From Gnetum montanum (taxonomy: Eukaryota > Plantae > Gnetophyta): DNA of 64,000 bases. The position numbers and the translations under genes are program-made. The notes below the pieces were generated by a model. The model worked only from the letters and a program-made list of their open reading frames with translations, was not told where the DNA came from and made no database searches. Below are positions 36,561 through 51,029 of the stretch, piece by piece. Location: assembly GCA_015680685.1 (NCBI GenBank), contig MNCI01000673.1:308486-372485 (forward strand), in the 5' to 3' direction. How positions within the stretch are numbered: position 1 is the first letter of the stretch; each line of letters opens with the position of its first letter.

Positions 36561-38769
36561 AAGAAGAAAATCAGAGGTCCTAATCTCATTGTGGGGGTTT
36601 TGGGGATAATGGGTATTCCTCCATGAGGCAGTAGCTTTTATAACAGGCCATCATCTTATGGTTTAGTTTATTTTTTTCATAATTTTAAGATATTAATTTT
36701 CATCTCTATATCACTCTAGATCGATAAAAATTAGATCAAAATTTATCACTACATTGATCTTAATCGATAATCATAGTGCATAGGTTTTTGAGAAATCAAT
36801 TTTCATCATAGTCATATTAATAAAATGCAAAACATTTGGGGAAATTTAAGTCATATCAATATTCATTAATGCATTTGATATAAATTGATATGACTAAGGA
36901 AACATATTAAAGCTCATCGTGGTCATGCTGTTGAGATGCAAGTTTTTCAAGAAAATTTCTTCTTTACTGATTCATATTGATTGAATTAATATCTCTGTTC
37001 TTTAACATATTGATTTAAATTGATGAAAATGATAATCATACTAATCACTTGAATTATTATTTTTTATGTATCAATTCATGTGGGTCAAATTGATATACTA
37101 TGAGTTTCATTCTAATAATACATCAAACTTGTGATGTCTCTTGATATTTCCAATTTCCAAAGACTATTATATCTAGTAATGATATCTACGGAAATTGACT
37201 TTGCAATATCCTTGGGTAACATAATTTGTAATAATCAAATTTTACCACATGGTGTGATACAAATTGATAGTAAAACAATAAATTTATATACTTAATCATA
37301 TATAAAATTTTATTCCTTTTTTACTCCTCTTATAATTGATTCTTATTATTAGGGTAGGAATTCACATATAATTCAATTAGAAAGGCCCTTCCCAAGATTA
37401 ATATTTCTAAACATAACCTCACAAGGTTTGCTTCATTTTGTACAAGAATGTCTTACAATCTTAAGGTCTTCATCTTTCTTAAGTTTTAAGGGTCTGTGAT
37501 GCATTTCTTATAGAAAAATCATTTCCTAACTTGCTCTTGGATTAGCTTCCATGTTGGTTATACCCTACTATCTTGTCGATTTGAAGTTGGTTATTTCTCC
37601 CTCTTAATTAAACTACGGTATGTTCCATACCTAGGTTAATTAGATAAATAATTATTAAGTATATGTGGATTTGGTTGGCAAAGAGGATATACCAAAAAGT
37701 AAAAATGTCATGAGTTTTATATATCCTTCATTGTGTATGGAATACTAGTAAACTTAGGTCTTGCAAGTGTTAGTATCCATAATCTCTACCATAGTATAGA
37801 TCTCGATCACTAACACCTATGGAGACCATAATGAAAAAAATGGAAGACCCTAGATCTTGAAGTAGTAGTAGACATAATAGATGGTAGCCAAATAAAAAGT
37901 AGAAGGAATATGATTAAAAGTATAGAAGAAAATTAGTAATAAACAATACACTTTAAAAATAAGCTAAGGTAAAAGGTAAAAAATTAAAGTAAATATTAAT
38001 ATACCTTCTTAGAGAAGCCAATCTAGCTTATTCAATGTCATATCCTAGTTGAAAGGTGATGGCATAGAGAATGATTATGAGGAATTACTGCTGCACTCAT
38101 ATACACTCTTCTTACAAAAGGAGGTTCTTGATGGATGCTTAAGATTGTGATCTTTGAGCATCATTCCAACTATAAGGTTCTTGTGGAAGTGTGAGCCTAC
38201 TCATGATTGAAGATTCTTGTGGGATCTTCTTCTCATATGGATAACTTCTCTCTTTTTTTTGTTGTTTTTTTCCTTTGCTTCCTCCTTTTTTTATTTTGTG
38301 TTTTTCTCTCAAATTGGAAATAGATAGTAAGACCTCCAATCATGAGGTTCTTATGGGAAGCAAAGTTATTTTTGAATCTATTTAATGGGTTGCTCATGTG
38401 GGTGTTGATTAAGTTTCACATTTGGTACCACCTTTATTGCTAGTCCTAATATTATATACCCTTTCCACCTTATTAACTTATCTAAGAAAGTAATTAATAG
38501 AACCATTTATTAATGATCAAGAACTAGACTTGGTTATTTTTCCTATGATTCATGAAACTTATAAAACTTAAAGGATATTGAGAAGAATAAAAATGAAAGA
38601 GTTATTTTACATAGTTTATTTTTTTATTAATCTAAGGCTTACCCTTAGATGGTTTTTTGGTTTAAATTGACCTATCTCAAGGTAGGGGGAGTTGTCCTTC
38701 TTCATTGCATTCTAAACATGATGCTAATGAATTCTTTAAAGTCCCAAATAACAATAGAATTTTCTATTA

Positions 38770-41700
38770 TCCTATACATTTTTTAAGGTAAACATTGTAG
38801 ACTATGATACTTTAGTTTTTATATTATAGTATTACATAATGTGTTTGCTTAAGCTTATTGCCCAAGGCCTCCACTTATAATTGAGTTTTTTTATTTTCTC
38901 CATCATTATTGGGATAAGCTAATTCACCTAGCTTTACTAATTTATCCTCTCTCAGTTCGTTGATTTGATGTTGATGACATTACTTAAGTCTTTGGAAATT
39001 TACAAGAAATGTAGTAGATAAATCATCAATAGGTATAATTAAAATACTTTCATTATTGTGGAGTTGTAATACTAGGTAGGGGCCTTTTCACCAAGCTGTT
39101 AACTTTGCTAGAAATTTATGTAGTCTCATGTTATATAAAAATAATTTATCACCTATTTAAAAATATTTCTTAAAAATATTTTTATCATGCAAAGTATCCA
39201 TTTTTTTTATGATCCTTTGCTTATCAAGTGCATGCAACTACATTTCATCAAGTTTATGTATTTGAGTTATTCTAAAGTCTAGATTTATTTCTTCATCAAA
39301 ATTCAATTGTTGCATTAATTGTGAAGATTAGTATTTGATTTATACATGCAAAAAACATTATTTTTCATAAACCAATTAATAAGATAAATAGCATAAACTT
39401 GGTTTATATGTGATCTTATAAGCTCAAAGTGCATCTTGTAATTTTATAGACCAATCTTTCTTGTTAGTGCATATGGTTTTTGTTAAGATCTTTAGAATGA
39501 TTCTATTTTCATTTTTTACTTGACCATTTACTTGAGGATGATAGGTAGTAGCTATCTTATGTTGGATCCCATAAGAGTTAAGGAATTTCTCCATTATTCT
39601 ATTTAAAAAGTGGGTTCCTTGATTGATTATGATTATTTGTGAAGTTCCAAATCATGTTAGAAAAGATGTAACTACTTTAACATCATTTGTTGTGGTGAAT
39701 TTTTCTTCTACCCACTTAGTGACATAGTCTATGCAAACCAAAATGTATTGACATCCATTAGATGATGGAAATGGTACTAAAAAGTCTATACCTCACACAT
39801 TGAATGGTTTCATTATTAAGATTGGATTTAGTGAGATTTCTTGTCTTTTTGTGATTGATCTTATTATTTGAAATTTATCACATTCTTGAACATATTTATA
39901 AGCATCTTTAAATACATTAGGATAATAAAATCCACTTTTCAAAATTTTTATAGTAGTTCTTCAACTATCAAAATGTCCACCTCTAAGGTTATCATGATAC
40001 ATTTGTAAGATTTCTTGTTGCTCATCCTCAACTACACATCATCTTGCTACATTGTCTTTACATACTCTATAAAGGTATGTTTATTCCAAATGTATCTGGA
40101 GATGTTTCTTAGAAAATATTTCTTCTCCTCTTTACTTCATTAGGTTGGTGTTTTCATAGAGGTAAGATAATTGCTATATTAGCAAACCAAGGGCCTTTCT
40201 TTATGGAAAAGAGTTGTTTATCAAGAAATTTATCATTAAATAATCCTTTTGTCCTATTTTCATCCTTGGTTTCTAATCTAAAAATGTTATCTTCCATACA
40301 AATTTCCCTACCCCTTTTATCTAAAAGGTTAAGATCAAAATCATGGAGTAATAGGCATCATCTCATTATCCTAGCATTTTCTATTTTTTTTAGTTACTAG
40401 GAATTTAATGGCTGAATGATCAATGTAAAATTTTGTTTTATATCCTATTAACTAATGCCTTGATTTATGTACAACATACACAATGGCCAATAGCTCTTTT
40501 TTTATAGTTGGGTAATTTATTTTTTCTTTGTTTATACTTTTAGAGACATAATAAACTACCTGTGGTTTAATTTATTTTTGCGTAGTTTAGACTTTTAGAA
40601 ACATAATAAACTATCCATGGTTTATTATCTATATATTCTCCCAAGACTGCCCCTAAAGTATAATGACTATAATCGCACATGAAATAAAATGAAAAATCCT
40701 ACTTGGGTGCATTAAGTATAGGGGTGGTAGTTATTCTTTCCTTTAGTTTGGAGAATGCTTCTTAATAGTCATCAGTACATGTAATATGAACATCCTTTTC
40801 TAAGAGCATGTAAAGTGGCTTAGCTATTTTTGATTAGTCTTTAATAAATCATCTATAATATCTAGCATGTCCTAAAAAGGATCAAAGAGTCTGTAGGTTT
40901 TTTGGAGCTAGGAGTGTAGAGATTACTTTTACTTTCTCCACATCCATTCTTATCCCTTTCTTAGAAATTACATGTCCTAAAGCTACACTACTTGTGATCA
41001 TTAAATGACTCTTTTCACAACTTAATTTTAAAATTTTCAATGAATCTATCTAAAATATATTACAATTATTGTAATGTTTGTTCATTAGTATCCCCATATA
41101 TAGTATCCCCATATATACTTCTACATATTCTTCTAACATCTTAGAAAATACTAATATCATGGCCCTTTGGAAGGTAGTAGCTGCATTAAAAAGGCCAAAA
41201 GGTATTCAATGGTAATAAATGTTATGTATAGATATGTAAAGGCTATTTGATGCTACTATTTTTGTGTAATGGCTACTTAATTGTAACTACTAAATCCATC
41301 CAAAATGAAATAGTACTCATGCCCTTCTAATTTCTCCAAAAATTGGTCTATGTAAGGTAGGGTAAAATGATCTTTCTTTGTGTTTTGATTTAGTTTTCTA
41401 TAGTCTACAAAAACTCATCATTTTTCTACCTTTTTAAGAACTATAGTGATGGAACTTAGCCACTCACTATTAGCTATTGCATAAATAATTCCTTCCTTGC
41501 AAAGCTTTGAGATTTCATCTTTAACAATTTGTTTTAAGGATCAATTAATTCTTCTAGGGGGAATTCTAACTGGTTTCACATTATCTTCTAGATAGATGTG
41601 ATGTTGGCATATGGTGGGTGAAATTACTTAATGGAGGTCCTCATAACTCCATGAAAATGCCTTAGACTTTCTTCTTAAAAGTTCTACCAATTTTTCTTCT

Positions 41701-43900
41701 TGCTCATTAAAATGTTGGAAATTTATTATTAAGGATTTATTTTGATCAAGGAAAATCTACTTAAGATTGCTATGTAACTCTCTAAGATGTAAAGAATTAC
41801 TATCTGGTCATTGAATTGTTTATCCAATATTCCATAATCCCAAATTTAAAATTTGATCAAGAAGATCTTGTTATTATTTTATGGAGGAGTCTAAGGGTCT
41901 TTCCTCAAAAATTTTTAATGCTAACATTTCACTATCTTGTGTCATTGATGATGTGTATATTATATAGATCATTATTTATTCTTTTATATCTTGGTTCAAT
42001 TGGTCCTCCTTTGCTTTTTCATATATATTAAGCATAAAAGTAAGATTGGCTAAACATAATTAGAGTTGCCTTGATCTACAATTGATTATTGCATCAACTG
42101 TTGCAAACCAATGTCTACCTAATATGATGGGAAAACAATATGGATATTTTACTTCCAACACAACAAGATCAACTAGGTATTTTCCTCTTTCAACCTCCAC
42201 TATTAAAAATTCCACCACTCCTAAGGGGTTAATAATTGAGGCATCAGCCAAAGATATTGTCATATTCACTTTCCTTACATCCTCTAAATCAAGTGACCTA
42301 GCCATTTCAAGGTGCATAATATTGATGCTAGCTCCTAAATCCAATAAGTTATTATTAATATTATTCTTATTTATCTTAATTATAATTTTGGAAACCTTTG
42401 GATCTTGATATTTTGAAACTTTTTGCCTTTTTATAAGTTGAGAAAAATTGTCAATCAAATAGACTTGTTTAGGAGTTTTTTCTTTTATCTTTTTTTGTGC
42501 ATAATTCATTTAAGTATTTAGGATAAAGAGATGTGTCTTTTATAGCTTATTCTAGTGGAATATGTAAATATAATTCATTAAACATTTTTCTATATGTGCT
42601 TTGGTTGTGAATTCCTCTTGCAATCATTTAGGAAAGGAAGGTAAAACTGTTTTCCTAGGTAAAGGTGAAGAGGTTAATGGTTATTCTCCTTTCCCAATTG
42701 GTTGATTACTTCCCTCCTTATTCATTATACGTGGCTTATCCTTTTATTGTAACTCAACTTCTTGATAGCTAACCTTCTTTTTAGATCTAGGTTTAGTAAT
42801 TTTTTCACTCCTAGTGGTGATAGAATGTAATTGTTCCATACCCTTCCTTTATGATGTAGGATTTGGCTATAGTTGAGAAGGTAATTTATTCTATGTCAGT
42901 TCTTGAAATTGTCTCCTCGTTTCATTCAAGAATTATCTACTTTCTTCAATAAAGGATCTAAGACCTTGAGTGAGTCTATCCAAGTGTTGACTAGTTGGGC
43001 TCTTAAAAGATCAATAATTTTTTTGAGAGTAATATTATTGGAAACGTGGTCTTTGTTAGAATGTGGTTGTTGGTTGGCTTCTATAATACTGAAAAGCCTT
43101 CATAGAGTCTTGTTCTTCCTCATGAAAATATGCAAAGGCTTGAAAAGTGGTGTAATAATATTGTTAACTACCATAAAGATTACATGCTTGACCTTGCACG
43201 AGATGGGTTTGTTTCTTTATTAAATTAGTTAACTCATCAATGTTTTTATTTAGTTTTTTAGTTTGTAAAGCCATGTCGTGCATGAAATTGGGTTTTGGCC
43301 ATCTCTTACTTTGATCAACCAATGAATATATTATTCTTTAGCCATCCTTTGGTATTACATTTAATATATTTCCACCACATGTAAAGTCAGCATTTTTCCT
43401 ATAGCATGATAATAGGCATTCTACAGAGATTTGGGTAAGTTGGTGAGCTAGAAATCCATGGTTGAGATTTTTTAAGCACAACCATTTGAACCTATTAAAA
43501 GTACTCTCATAATCCTTGTCTTCTTGTTTCATGAAACTCAATAGTTTCTTTCTTAATGAGTACAACCTATCATTGGAAAGAAAATTTTGGAGAATGGTAT
43601 CTTTGAATTCATCCCATGAACTAATTTGTGTCCCAAGAGTTTGTAGTCAAAAAGAAGCTTTATATTCAAGGTTGATTTTCAGGCAATCATCTTAGTTCTA
43701 TCTTCAATTTTACATTCCAACATTACAAGTTTGTTTCAAATTCTCTATATGAGTGACTGGATATTCATCATTGATCCCCCTAAAAATAGGTAGTAAATGA
43801 ATATTTTTTACTTTAACATCCCCTCCTTGGGGAAAAGCTAGTGGTCCTTGAGGTATTGTTGGTGTTCTTTTATTTAATAAGTCCCCAGGGTTTGTCCTTG
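38770..43900 (-). pseudogene. Athila-type gag-pol (gag, PR, RT, RH, INT), heavily decayed
   Basis: Gag FNRFKWLCLKNLNHG...DFTCGG, protease LLDLGASINIM...PIILGRHWFAT (42060-42509), RT PFGLFNAATTFQRAM ~41160-41205 with a 15-bp duplication disrupting the YMDD site (41086-41115), and integrase FPSSNGCQYILVCIDYVTKWVE ~39710-39780. Confidence 0.92.
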
Positions 43901-44079
43901 ATAGGAATTTCCAAGTGCAATATTAGAACCTATACTACCAAAGTGATGGGACGTGATATTGCATGGTGTGGTTGTTAGAGTGATGGGACAAAGTTTTTGC
44001 ATGGTGTGGTTCTCACGCATAAAAGCACAAAACTTAAAAATAAAAAATAAAAACAAAGAAAAAAAAAAGAAGAAAAAAA

Positions 44080-46210
44080 AAGTGAGAATCACTTGGGCTA
44101 CAAGCATTGGTTATGGAACTAAAAATGTTCCCTCTAACTAAGGCCCTTCTTGCTTCCCATTCTCTCCTTTATTTCGTCGGAAAGGTGGTGGCTCTTGGAG
44201 GAGGCATTCTTGTTATTCAAGTGGATGGTTTGGACGAATGCATTGATGAGAAGTCACTGGATGTGGTTGGTTTGAGGCCGGAGTCGGAATGAGATTTTCC
44301 AAGTCACATTAATCGTGAAACACACAAGGGGCTATACACCACCTTGTTCTTGGGATTCCATTCCATTCTCTTCTCTCCACCCTTCTCTCCATTGTTCACC
44401 TCATTGCCGGTTGTATCATTAGTGTATATTTTGGTAGATGCATTGTTTTCTTTTTGGTAAATTCTTATGGTTCAATCTTTAACTCTTGTTCCAAAAGACA
44501 TTCCCCAAGCCTATGGACTCTTTGAATGTGGGTTTGTTAGGGCATCATGGGCATGAGCCTACTTTGGGGAGGACCCACTGATATTCCTATTTGGTGCATC
44601 TGTTAAATTCTTTTCCTTAACATTTTGCAATTAATTTTATTTGTTCATTTTCATCTTGACATCCATTTCATTGATGTCTTAGTGGTCTCTTTTTATCCAT
44701 CTTCTTGTTCTTATTCTTCTTCCATTCTATCGCTATCGGAGGTTCGCGATTAGTCATGGGGGTATGGGGCCCAATTTTTCGATTTTCTCCTCAACCCTAT
44801 ACCTTTGGTAGTTATCATTTATATATCTCCAGACCTGTAGTTAGCCATACCACAACCCAGCCAATGGACTTACACCGCAGCAAGGTATCAACCACATTGA
44901 AATTCATTTACCCTTGCTAATACAAGACTGTGTTGTATGTGTAGATGGCAATCATGCAACAACAGACTGGATTTGGAGGGAGCACTTGGAATGGAGTGGT
45001 GCTAAAGCAGCTTTGCAAGGAACAAGAGCAATGATGCACTTATGGATGGACAACGAAAAGCGCAATCTGGGCATGGAAATAACAAAACTTCTTCTCTCTT
45101 CTCTCTTCTCTCTTCTCTCCTCTCTCTTCACTTTTCTCTCAAGCTGCCAAATGAGGCCTGATGTCAATGTAATAAGATGTTCACCCTTGTTGTCATAAAC
45201 ACCAGTTTGTTGTGTCTTGTAATGATGATCCGTTCACATGTCATCCCATTAGTTTCCATTGAGTCAATAATCCCATACCTTCCCGATATTATTGTAATGA
45301 ACTCGAGGATGAGTTTTCATTTAGTCATGGGGGTATGATGGGATGTGATATAGCATCTTCCCCTACAATATCGCGTACGTGATATTGTTGTGCACTGTCA
45401 TATCTATAAATAAGAGGTATCTCTCCCTTATTTCCTCATCCTAGGCTAGACAGTAGGGAAAATCTGGCAAATTGATCACTCTAGAGATAGAATATTTTCC
45501 ATGTGCCCACAGTAGGAGTCCCAAAGTGAACAGATCTTTATTCAAGCAAACATTGTACCTAAACACAAGTTTGTGTACAGCAATAAAGATGAGCTTTCTG
45601 AATAAACCTTATAGTGCATGGAATAGGATTTTATTACCTATTATTTATTACATGTTATTTATTGCTTTCTCTCTCACCCTTATCTCCTAGTAACATGGAA
45701 TGAGTACGACTTAATTACGAGCTTTTAAGGATGTGTACTGATAATCAAGGAACAGATGCTCATCGCGCTTAGATTCTCTCAACCCTTTCCTCCAAGTTAG
45801 GTGGCTTAGTACGACCACTTCAAGCAAGTGTGTTACGTGTGGGATCCCAACAACGATTAGCGTTTGGTAACCATGGTTGCATCGGTTCAGGGTGTCTATG
45901 CTAAGTGGGAACGGATGCTGACGCTAGGTAATTTAGACTTAGTACATTAGTTAGAGTCAGTAATTAGTTTCTCAACCCTTCACCTTGTTAGCATAGGAGA
46001 CAAAAACATAAAAGACTATAAAAATCATATACCTCAGACTTGCTTAACCATACACTGTGACAACTACAAGTAAGTCTGGGAAGATAACAAATGATTAACC
46101 CTAAGTGTTTCATGGGGTGTGTAGGCACTTATTCTGTAGAGTTCGACCGGATCGTGCGTGCTACGCTCGTATTCGTATGGTTGAGTGTAGGGGTATCTCA
46201 CCACTCATCA
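44080..46210 (+). mobile_element. Younger Athila-like 3' fragment: 3' non-coding region, PPT and 3' LTR (45336-46210)
   Basis: CpG-richer than its flanks. CTCGAGGA...TTAGTCATGGGGGTA PPT is followed by TGATG...CATCA termini. TATA (CTATAAATA) at ~45404 and a second PPT-like copy at 44750-44764. Confidence 0.75.
45088..45140. repeat. (CTTCTCT)n pyrimidine microsatellite
   Basis: Directly visible. Confidence 0.85.
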
Positions 46211-46249
46211 CAAAGAAAAAAAGGAATTGAGTCAAATGAAAGTGGTGGA

Positions 46250-46900
46250 GGTGTATGATGTGAAGAAGATTAAACTATGAAAGTAGTAGCTACTATTGAA
46301 GTTATAATTGGACTTGGTATTAAAATAGAGGTTATTGATGTGATGGAAATTTTTAGATTTAATGTACCCACTAGTTGGGTGGTTCCTCGAATTATGGACA
46401 TATTACTTGGTATTTGTCTAAAGCTTAAATTTTGAGAACATACTACCATGATTGAATTCATGGTTTGCATTGTGATAGTTGGTATATCAAAACAGGGTTG
46501 AAAGATGTAGAACATTTGAATTGTGTCTTTGCCCTTTCTTGAAGGATTTCTATTGGATCTCTCTCCTTATTACTATTTTGCTTCTTAATAGAGGTTAAGG
46601 AAATAGATCTAGGCTGTTTTTATTCCTTTTGGTCTTGTTTCAAGTTGGTTTTGGTATGTTTATAATAGCTATTGGTATTTCTAGGAGGCTAAATTCATGG
46701 TGGAATATTAGGTTTGTTATTTGATTCATTTAACAAACACACTCTTCTTTAGCACATTCATGGGTAACTAATTTCAAGACTTTGTGAATTTATTTAATTA
46801 CCTTTGTAATTACAGCCTTAATTGTAAATTTTTGAGACTTTCTTCAATTTGGAAAATTAGGGGGGTTGATTCTTGTGATTGTACCTTCTCCTTATTTTTA
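46250..46900 (-). pseudogene. gag: Second Athila-type gag remnant
   Basis: Lies directly downstream of a tRNA-Asp PBS, with a weak KFTIKAVITKVI gag-like N-terminus. Very degenerate. Confidence 0.45.
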
Positions 46901-47064
46901 ATTTTATTGTTACAAGTAAGACAACTAAAATAAACCATTTCTAAAACTACTAACAAATGAAAATGGAAATGAAAATAGTGCATATCTTTTTAGAATTTCT
47001 AAATCTATAAATGAAATTGGAAAAAAACACATGGAACCCTTGATGATGATTAAATTTGTTGGCT

Positions 47065-47082
47065 TTCCCAGAAATGGTGCCA
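47065..47082 (-). promoter_or_regulatory. Degenerate tRNA-Asp PBS (Athila type)
   Basis: TGGCACCATTTCTGGGAA versus the canonical TGGCGCCGTTGCCGGGGA, adjacent to the ...CATCA LTR end. Confidence 0.7.
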
Positions 47083-47085
47083 AAT

Positions 47086-48009
47086 TGATGAGCCAACCAA
47101 GGTTTGGTGCTGACTTACCTTCATTATAGAGACATCACCTTTTCTATGACTAACTTGCAAGTCATATCCATGGAAGAATGATTCAAAGTTAAAGATATCA
47201 TCAAGATAATAAATGTTTAGATCTAAATTCAATTAAAATTCCAAACTTATGACTATCACTCAGAAGTGAAATCAAAGTTTTTACCTTAACTTCTAATCTC
47301 AAGTTCAAAGGTGAAAATAAAATGATTTTACTAAATTGAAATCACATAAAATTAACATACATGATAGAATATTATAGAGGATATGTCACCTAATTTGTGA
47401 CCCTATGTTGCTATCTTGATGATGCAGCAACTTCACATCCTCTTAGGGGATCTAATGGTTGTTGATTTCCATAAGGTTTCCAAAATATTCCTCAATAATT
47501 TTTAATAGGAGAATTTAATAAGGAATTCAATTTGATATGGGTTTCTCTAGGGTTTGGGAAATTTTGCTATTAAACATTAAGCCTCTTCATTTATACTAAA
47601 GAAGGCTTGGCCATAATTAGGAAAATGTTATTATTTGGGAAATCAATTTGTATCAAATACTTTGATGTCAATAGTTACAATATATCAAATTGTATCATTA
47701 TTGCTCTATCACTCAATGAAGAATTTAAATCATGCTAGTTGTGCAAATTGATATCTTCATTCCTTGGTGAGGTACCTTCTTTTGTAATCGAATGTTACTT
47801 ATTCTTACTATGATAGCTACTAAAACTGATACAATTTAGGTCAATTTCCAACAATCTTGTGATGACCTGAAATAAAAGAAAATTAATAAAGTAATTAGTT
47901 CTTATCTATAGGCATTAGAAAATTGGATGGACTTTGATGTGGTCAAATAATAAGAAAAATAAAAATTGAAGCTTTTAGTTAGATAAACAAGAATAATTGG
48001 GGGTTTATC
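47086..48009 (-). repeat. Athila 5' LTR (~920 bp)
   Basis: TGAT...ATCA termini, adjacent PBS, and a partner remnant at 34555-34882. Confidence 0.8.
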
Positions 48010-48770
48010 AATCCTAGTTGCAAAGCTTAGTCTTAGGCAATATGCCCTAGAAGAATAGAATATGTCCCTACTAAGAAGCCCAAATTTGAGATAAGATTTC
48101 CCATAAAAATAGTAGATGTTTAAATTGAAATTAAGATGTTCTAGCTAGGATGTTTTGTATGAGACATTCTAATATTTAGTGGGATGTCCTACTTACAAGC
48201 ACTAGAAAGTTAGTGAGATATCCCAAGCTCAAAATGAAACACCCTAACTAGCCATTTATAGCTATAGTATGAACTTTAATGGTCACAAAACAACAATAAA
48301 AGCTATAAAAGAAGGTGAAGTTGCTTAAGAAAGTGAATCACTATTCATATGATTTGACTATCATTGTATACCTCTTGTGTTATATTATGTATTTCATTTT
48401 GACATCATTTTTGAGTTGTATCATATAATTGTGAGAGACTCAAAGCAAGGAATTTGTAAATTATAGTTACATTCTCTTCTTGATTCTTTCTTTACTCTTT
48501 GTAGCACTATGGGATTGATGTGCTTCTTGTGGGAAGGCATCCCTTGAGCTTATTGGGACCTTAACAATTTGAGTGTGTTTATTGCGAGAAAACACTTCAT
48601 GTGAATCTTAAGTTATTGTATAGGTTGTAGGATCCTTGAAACTACACTTTGAGCTAATTGGGACATTGTAGGGTTGGGTGTGTTTTTTTATAAAAATAAC
48701 CCTTGTGAAGATTAATTCTTGTAAGGTTTGTGGTATCCTTGAAATCACATTTTCTCAAGAAATAAAATCT
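48010..48770 (+). repeat. Probable copia/Sirevirus-like LTR fragment
   Basis: GACAT/GATGT motif cluster, CTATAAAAG at ~48303, and a duplicated U5-like ttgagct.attgggac unit. No termini recognised. Confidence 0.35.
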
Positions 48771-51029
48771 AGGCATGTACAAGGATTATACCCTCCAAGT
48801 ATAGCATATCTATGTTGGAGAACCATGTACATCTAGCTCTAGGTTTGGTTGTCCTGCTTGTTGGATTTGGTGAACTTATTCAACCTATCTTCTAAGTTTT
48901 CAATCCTCAATAGTCATATAGATATAATGGAACAATCATGTCAAAATAACAAACATACAAAAAAAAACAATTAAAATTAGTTATGAAACATAAGAACTTA
49001 ATTATACATAACTAATGTTAAACTTTAACTCATATAGGATAAAGTCTATAGAAGATGTTGTGCACTATGAGGGTGTATACAAGTATTAAGAGTGTTTTCA
49101 AATATAGATACCAACTAGAATGTTAAGCTTTCTAGAGCACACAAAATCTTAGAAATCACCTCACAAGCTTAAAATGAAGAATAAATAATATTTTTTTACT
49201 ATCTACAGCCAAAAATATGCCATTAAATAAATAAGTGATAATTAAAAAAATGTCATTATTGAACTTCACATTACCACATAAATGAAAGATTTATAAGCAT
49301 AAGAAATAGTATGGAGTAAAGCTCTAAAGTAGAATTTTATTAGAAAATGTATTTTTAAGAAATGAACATCGAAGGCCTAAGAAATTAAAAACATTAATCT
49401 CTAACTTGTAAATCCAATATAAACATTAACATAATATGATAGCAAGTAATATTCCTTATCCAAATAAATGTTGTAAATTATTTTGATCCTTTTAAATGAT
49501 TCATGAAATGTAAAAAAGATAACTAAAGATATCAATGGCAAGTGAATCTTTCAAAATATCTTATAACATAACTAGATTTTAAACTAGAAAAAGAAACACA
49601 TGTCTTTCATGACATATTAAACTTTAAATAACTTCACAATCCTTGAAAGTGGTCATAACAATATTAATACAAATAAGGAAAGTAAATAACTAGAATAATT
49701 AATTAATAAACAAGTCTATATTTGAACTCATAAATGTATCAAAAATATTTGACAATAATTTAGGTTATGATTCTACTATAGAATCCTTCACTATGAATTC
49801 TTTAGGAACTACATAAATTTCAAAAGATGAAGATGACACATTTTGAAATGGCTATTTGACTTGAATTTTAGCAAACATATTTACCATCTCTAGTTTAACT
49901 TCATTGAAAGCATCCAAGAGTAATGATGACATCATAGTGGAATCAAACTAAAGCTCATATTCCTTGCAGAAGGAAAATTTTAGTAAAATTGTATAATGAT
50001 CTATGAAGCTATTAGTTACAACATATATCTACAAACTACTCATTGTAGCCTCTAACTTCTTCAAATCTATAGTAAAGGTCTCTAATACTTCATTCATTTA
50101 TGCCATATGATCCTTCACAAGGTTTTGTTGATAAGAAATATTCTCTTGGAGCATATATGTCTTATTTTACATTGTTAGCTTGTCATCCTCTAACTTTATA
50201 TTTCTCATCACTAATTCTTCCATTACTCTTATGGGCTTTGCTTTAGTACTTGAACCCATGATGTTCCCTATTTATTTTAGTCCAAGTAATTCATGTGAAT
50301 ATTTTTTTTATAAATTTTCTTACAAATTCAACATCTCCCTTAAACTTTAAAAATGCTTTAAAATATTAATCTCTCTTTATAAGAAAATGTTGAATCTTTA
50401 TTCAGTGCTTCATTCTATGGAAAAGAGACATAAAGAATCATATTATTTCTCAAGATTTCATCCTAGGCTTCTTCTTTAAAATAATATCTAGCATGCCATA
50501 ATTTCAATACATCAAATCATATAACAAATCATTATTCATGATGATGAAATTTAGTTTTGAGAGCTAGCTAAGGTATTTTTTTACCATGTTTCTAAACACT
50601 CATGGAAATTCATATGTATTTAAACCTCCAACTATTTTCATGTCTTCAAGGGGCTTGTTTCTATTAATTCCTTAAAAATATTGATGTTTGACTTAAGATG
50701 AACAAAATTATTCTTAAATCCATGATATTGCATCACTACACATAACATGGATGGAGTCAAAAAATCAAACTTAATCTTTATCAATGATGAACATGAAAAA
50801 TCAATGATGAAGTTTGATTTTAAAATCTATAGTTTTATCAAGATTGATAGATGAACCAAATTTTTGTTGTATGTCTTGATAAAGTTATCCATCATCACAT
50901 CTTTATCAACACCATAAGCTTAACAAATGGTTTCAAGCTAGATATTTTTAATTCTGTACTATGGTTTAGCTTCACCAACTCCATAGTCAATGTCAAACCA
51001 TAGTAATGGTATTGAACACTATCCTTGGG

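Noticed and set aside
44244-46210. TGATGAG...CTCATCA as a 2-kb solo LTR
   Set aside because: There is no TSD, and an Athila-type PPT places the LTR start at 45336.
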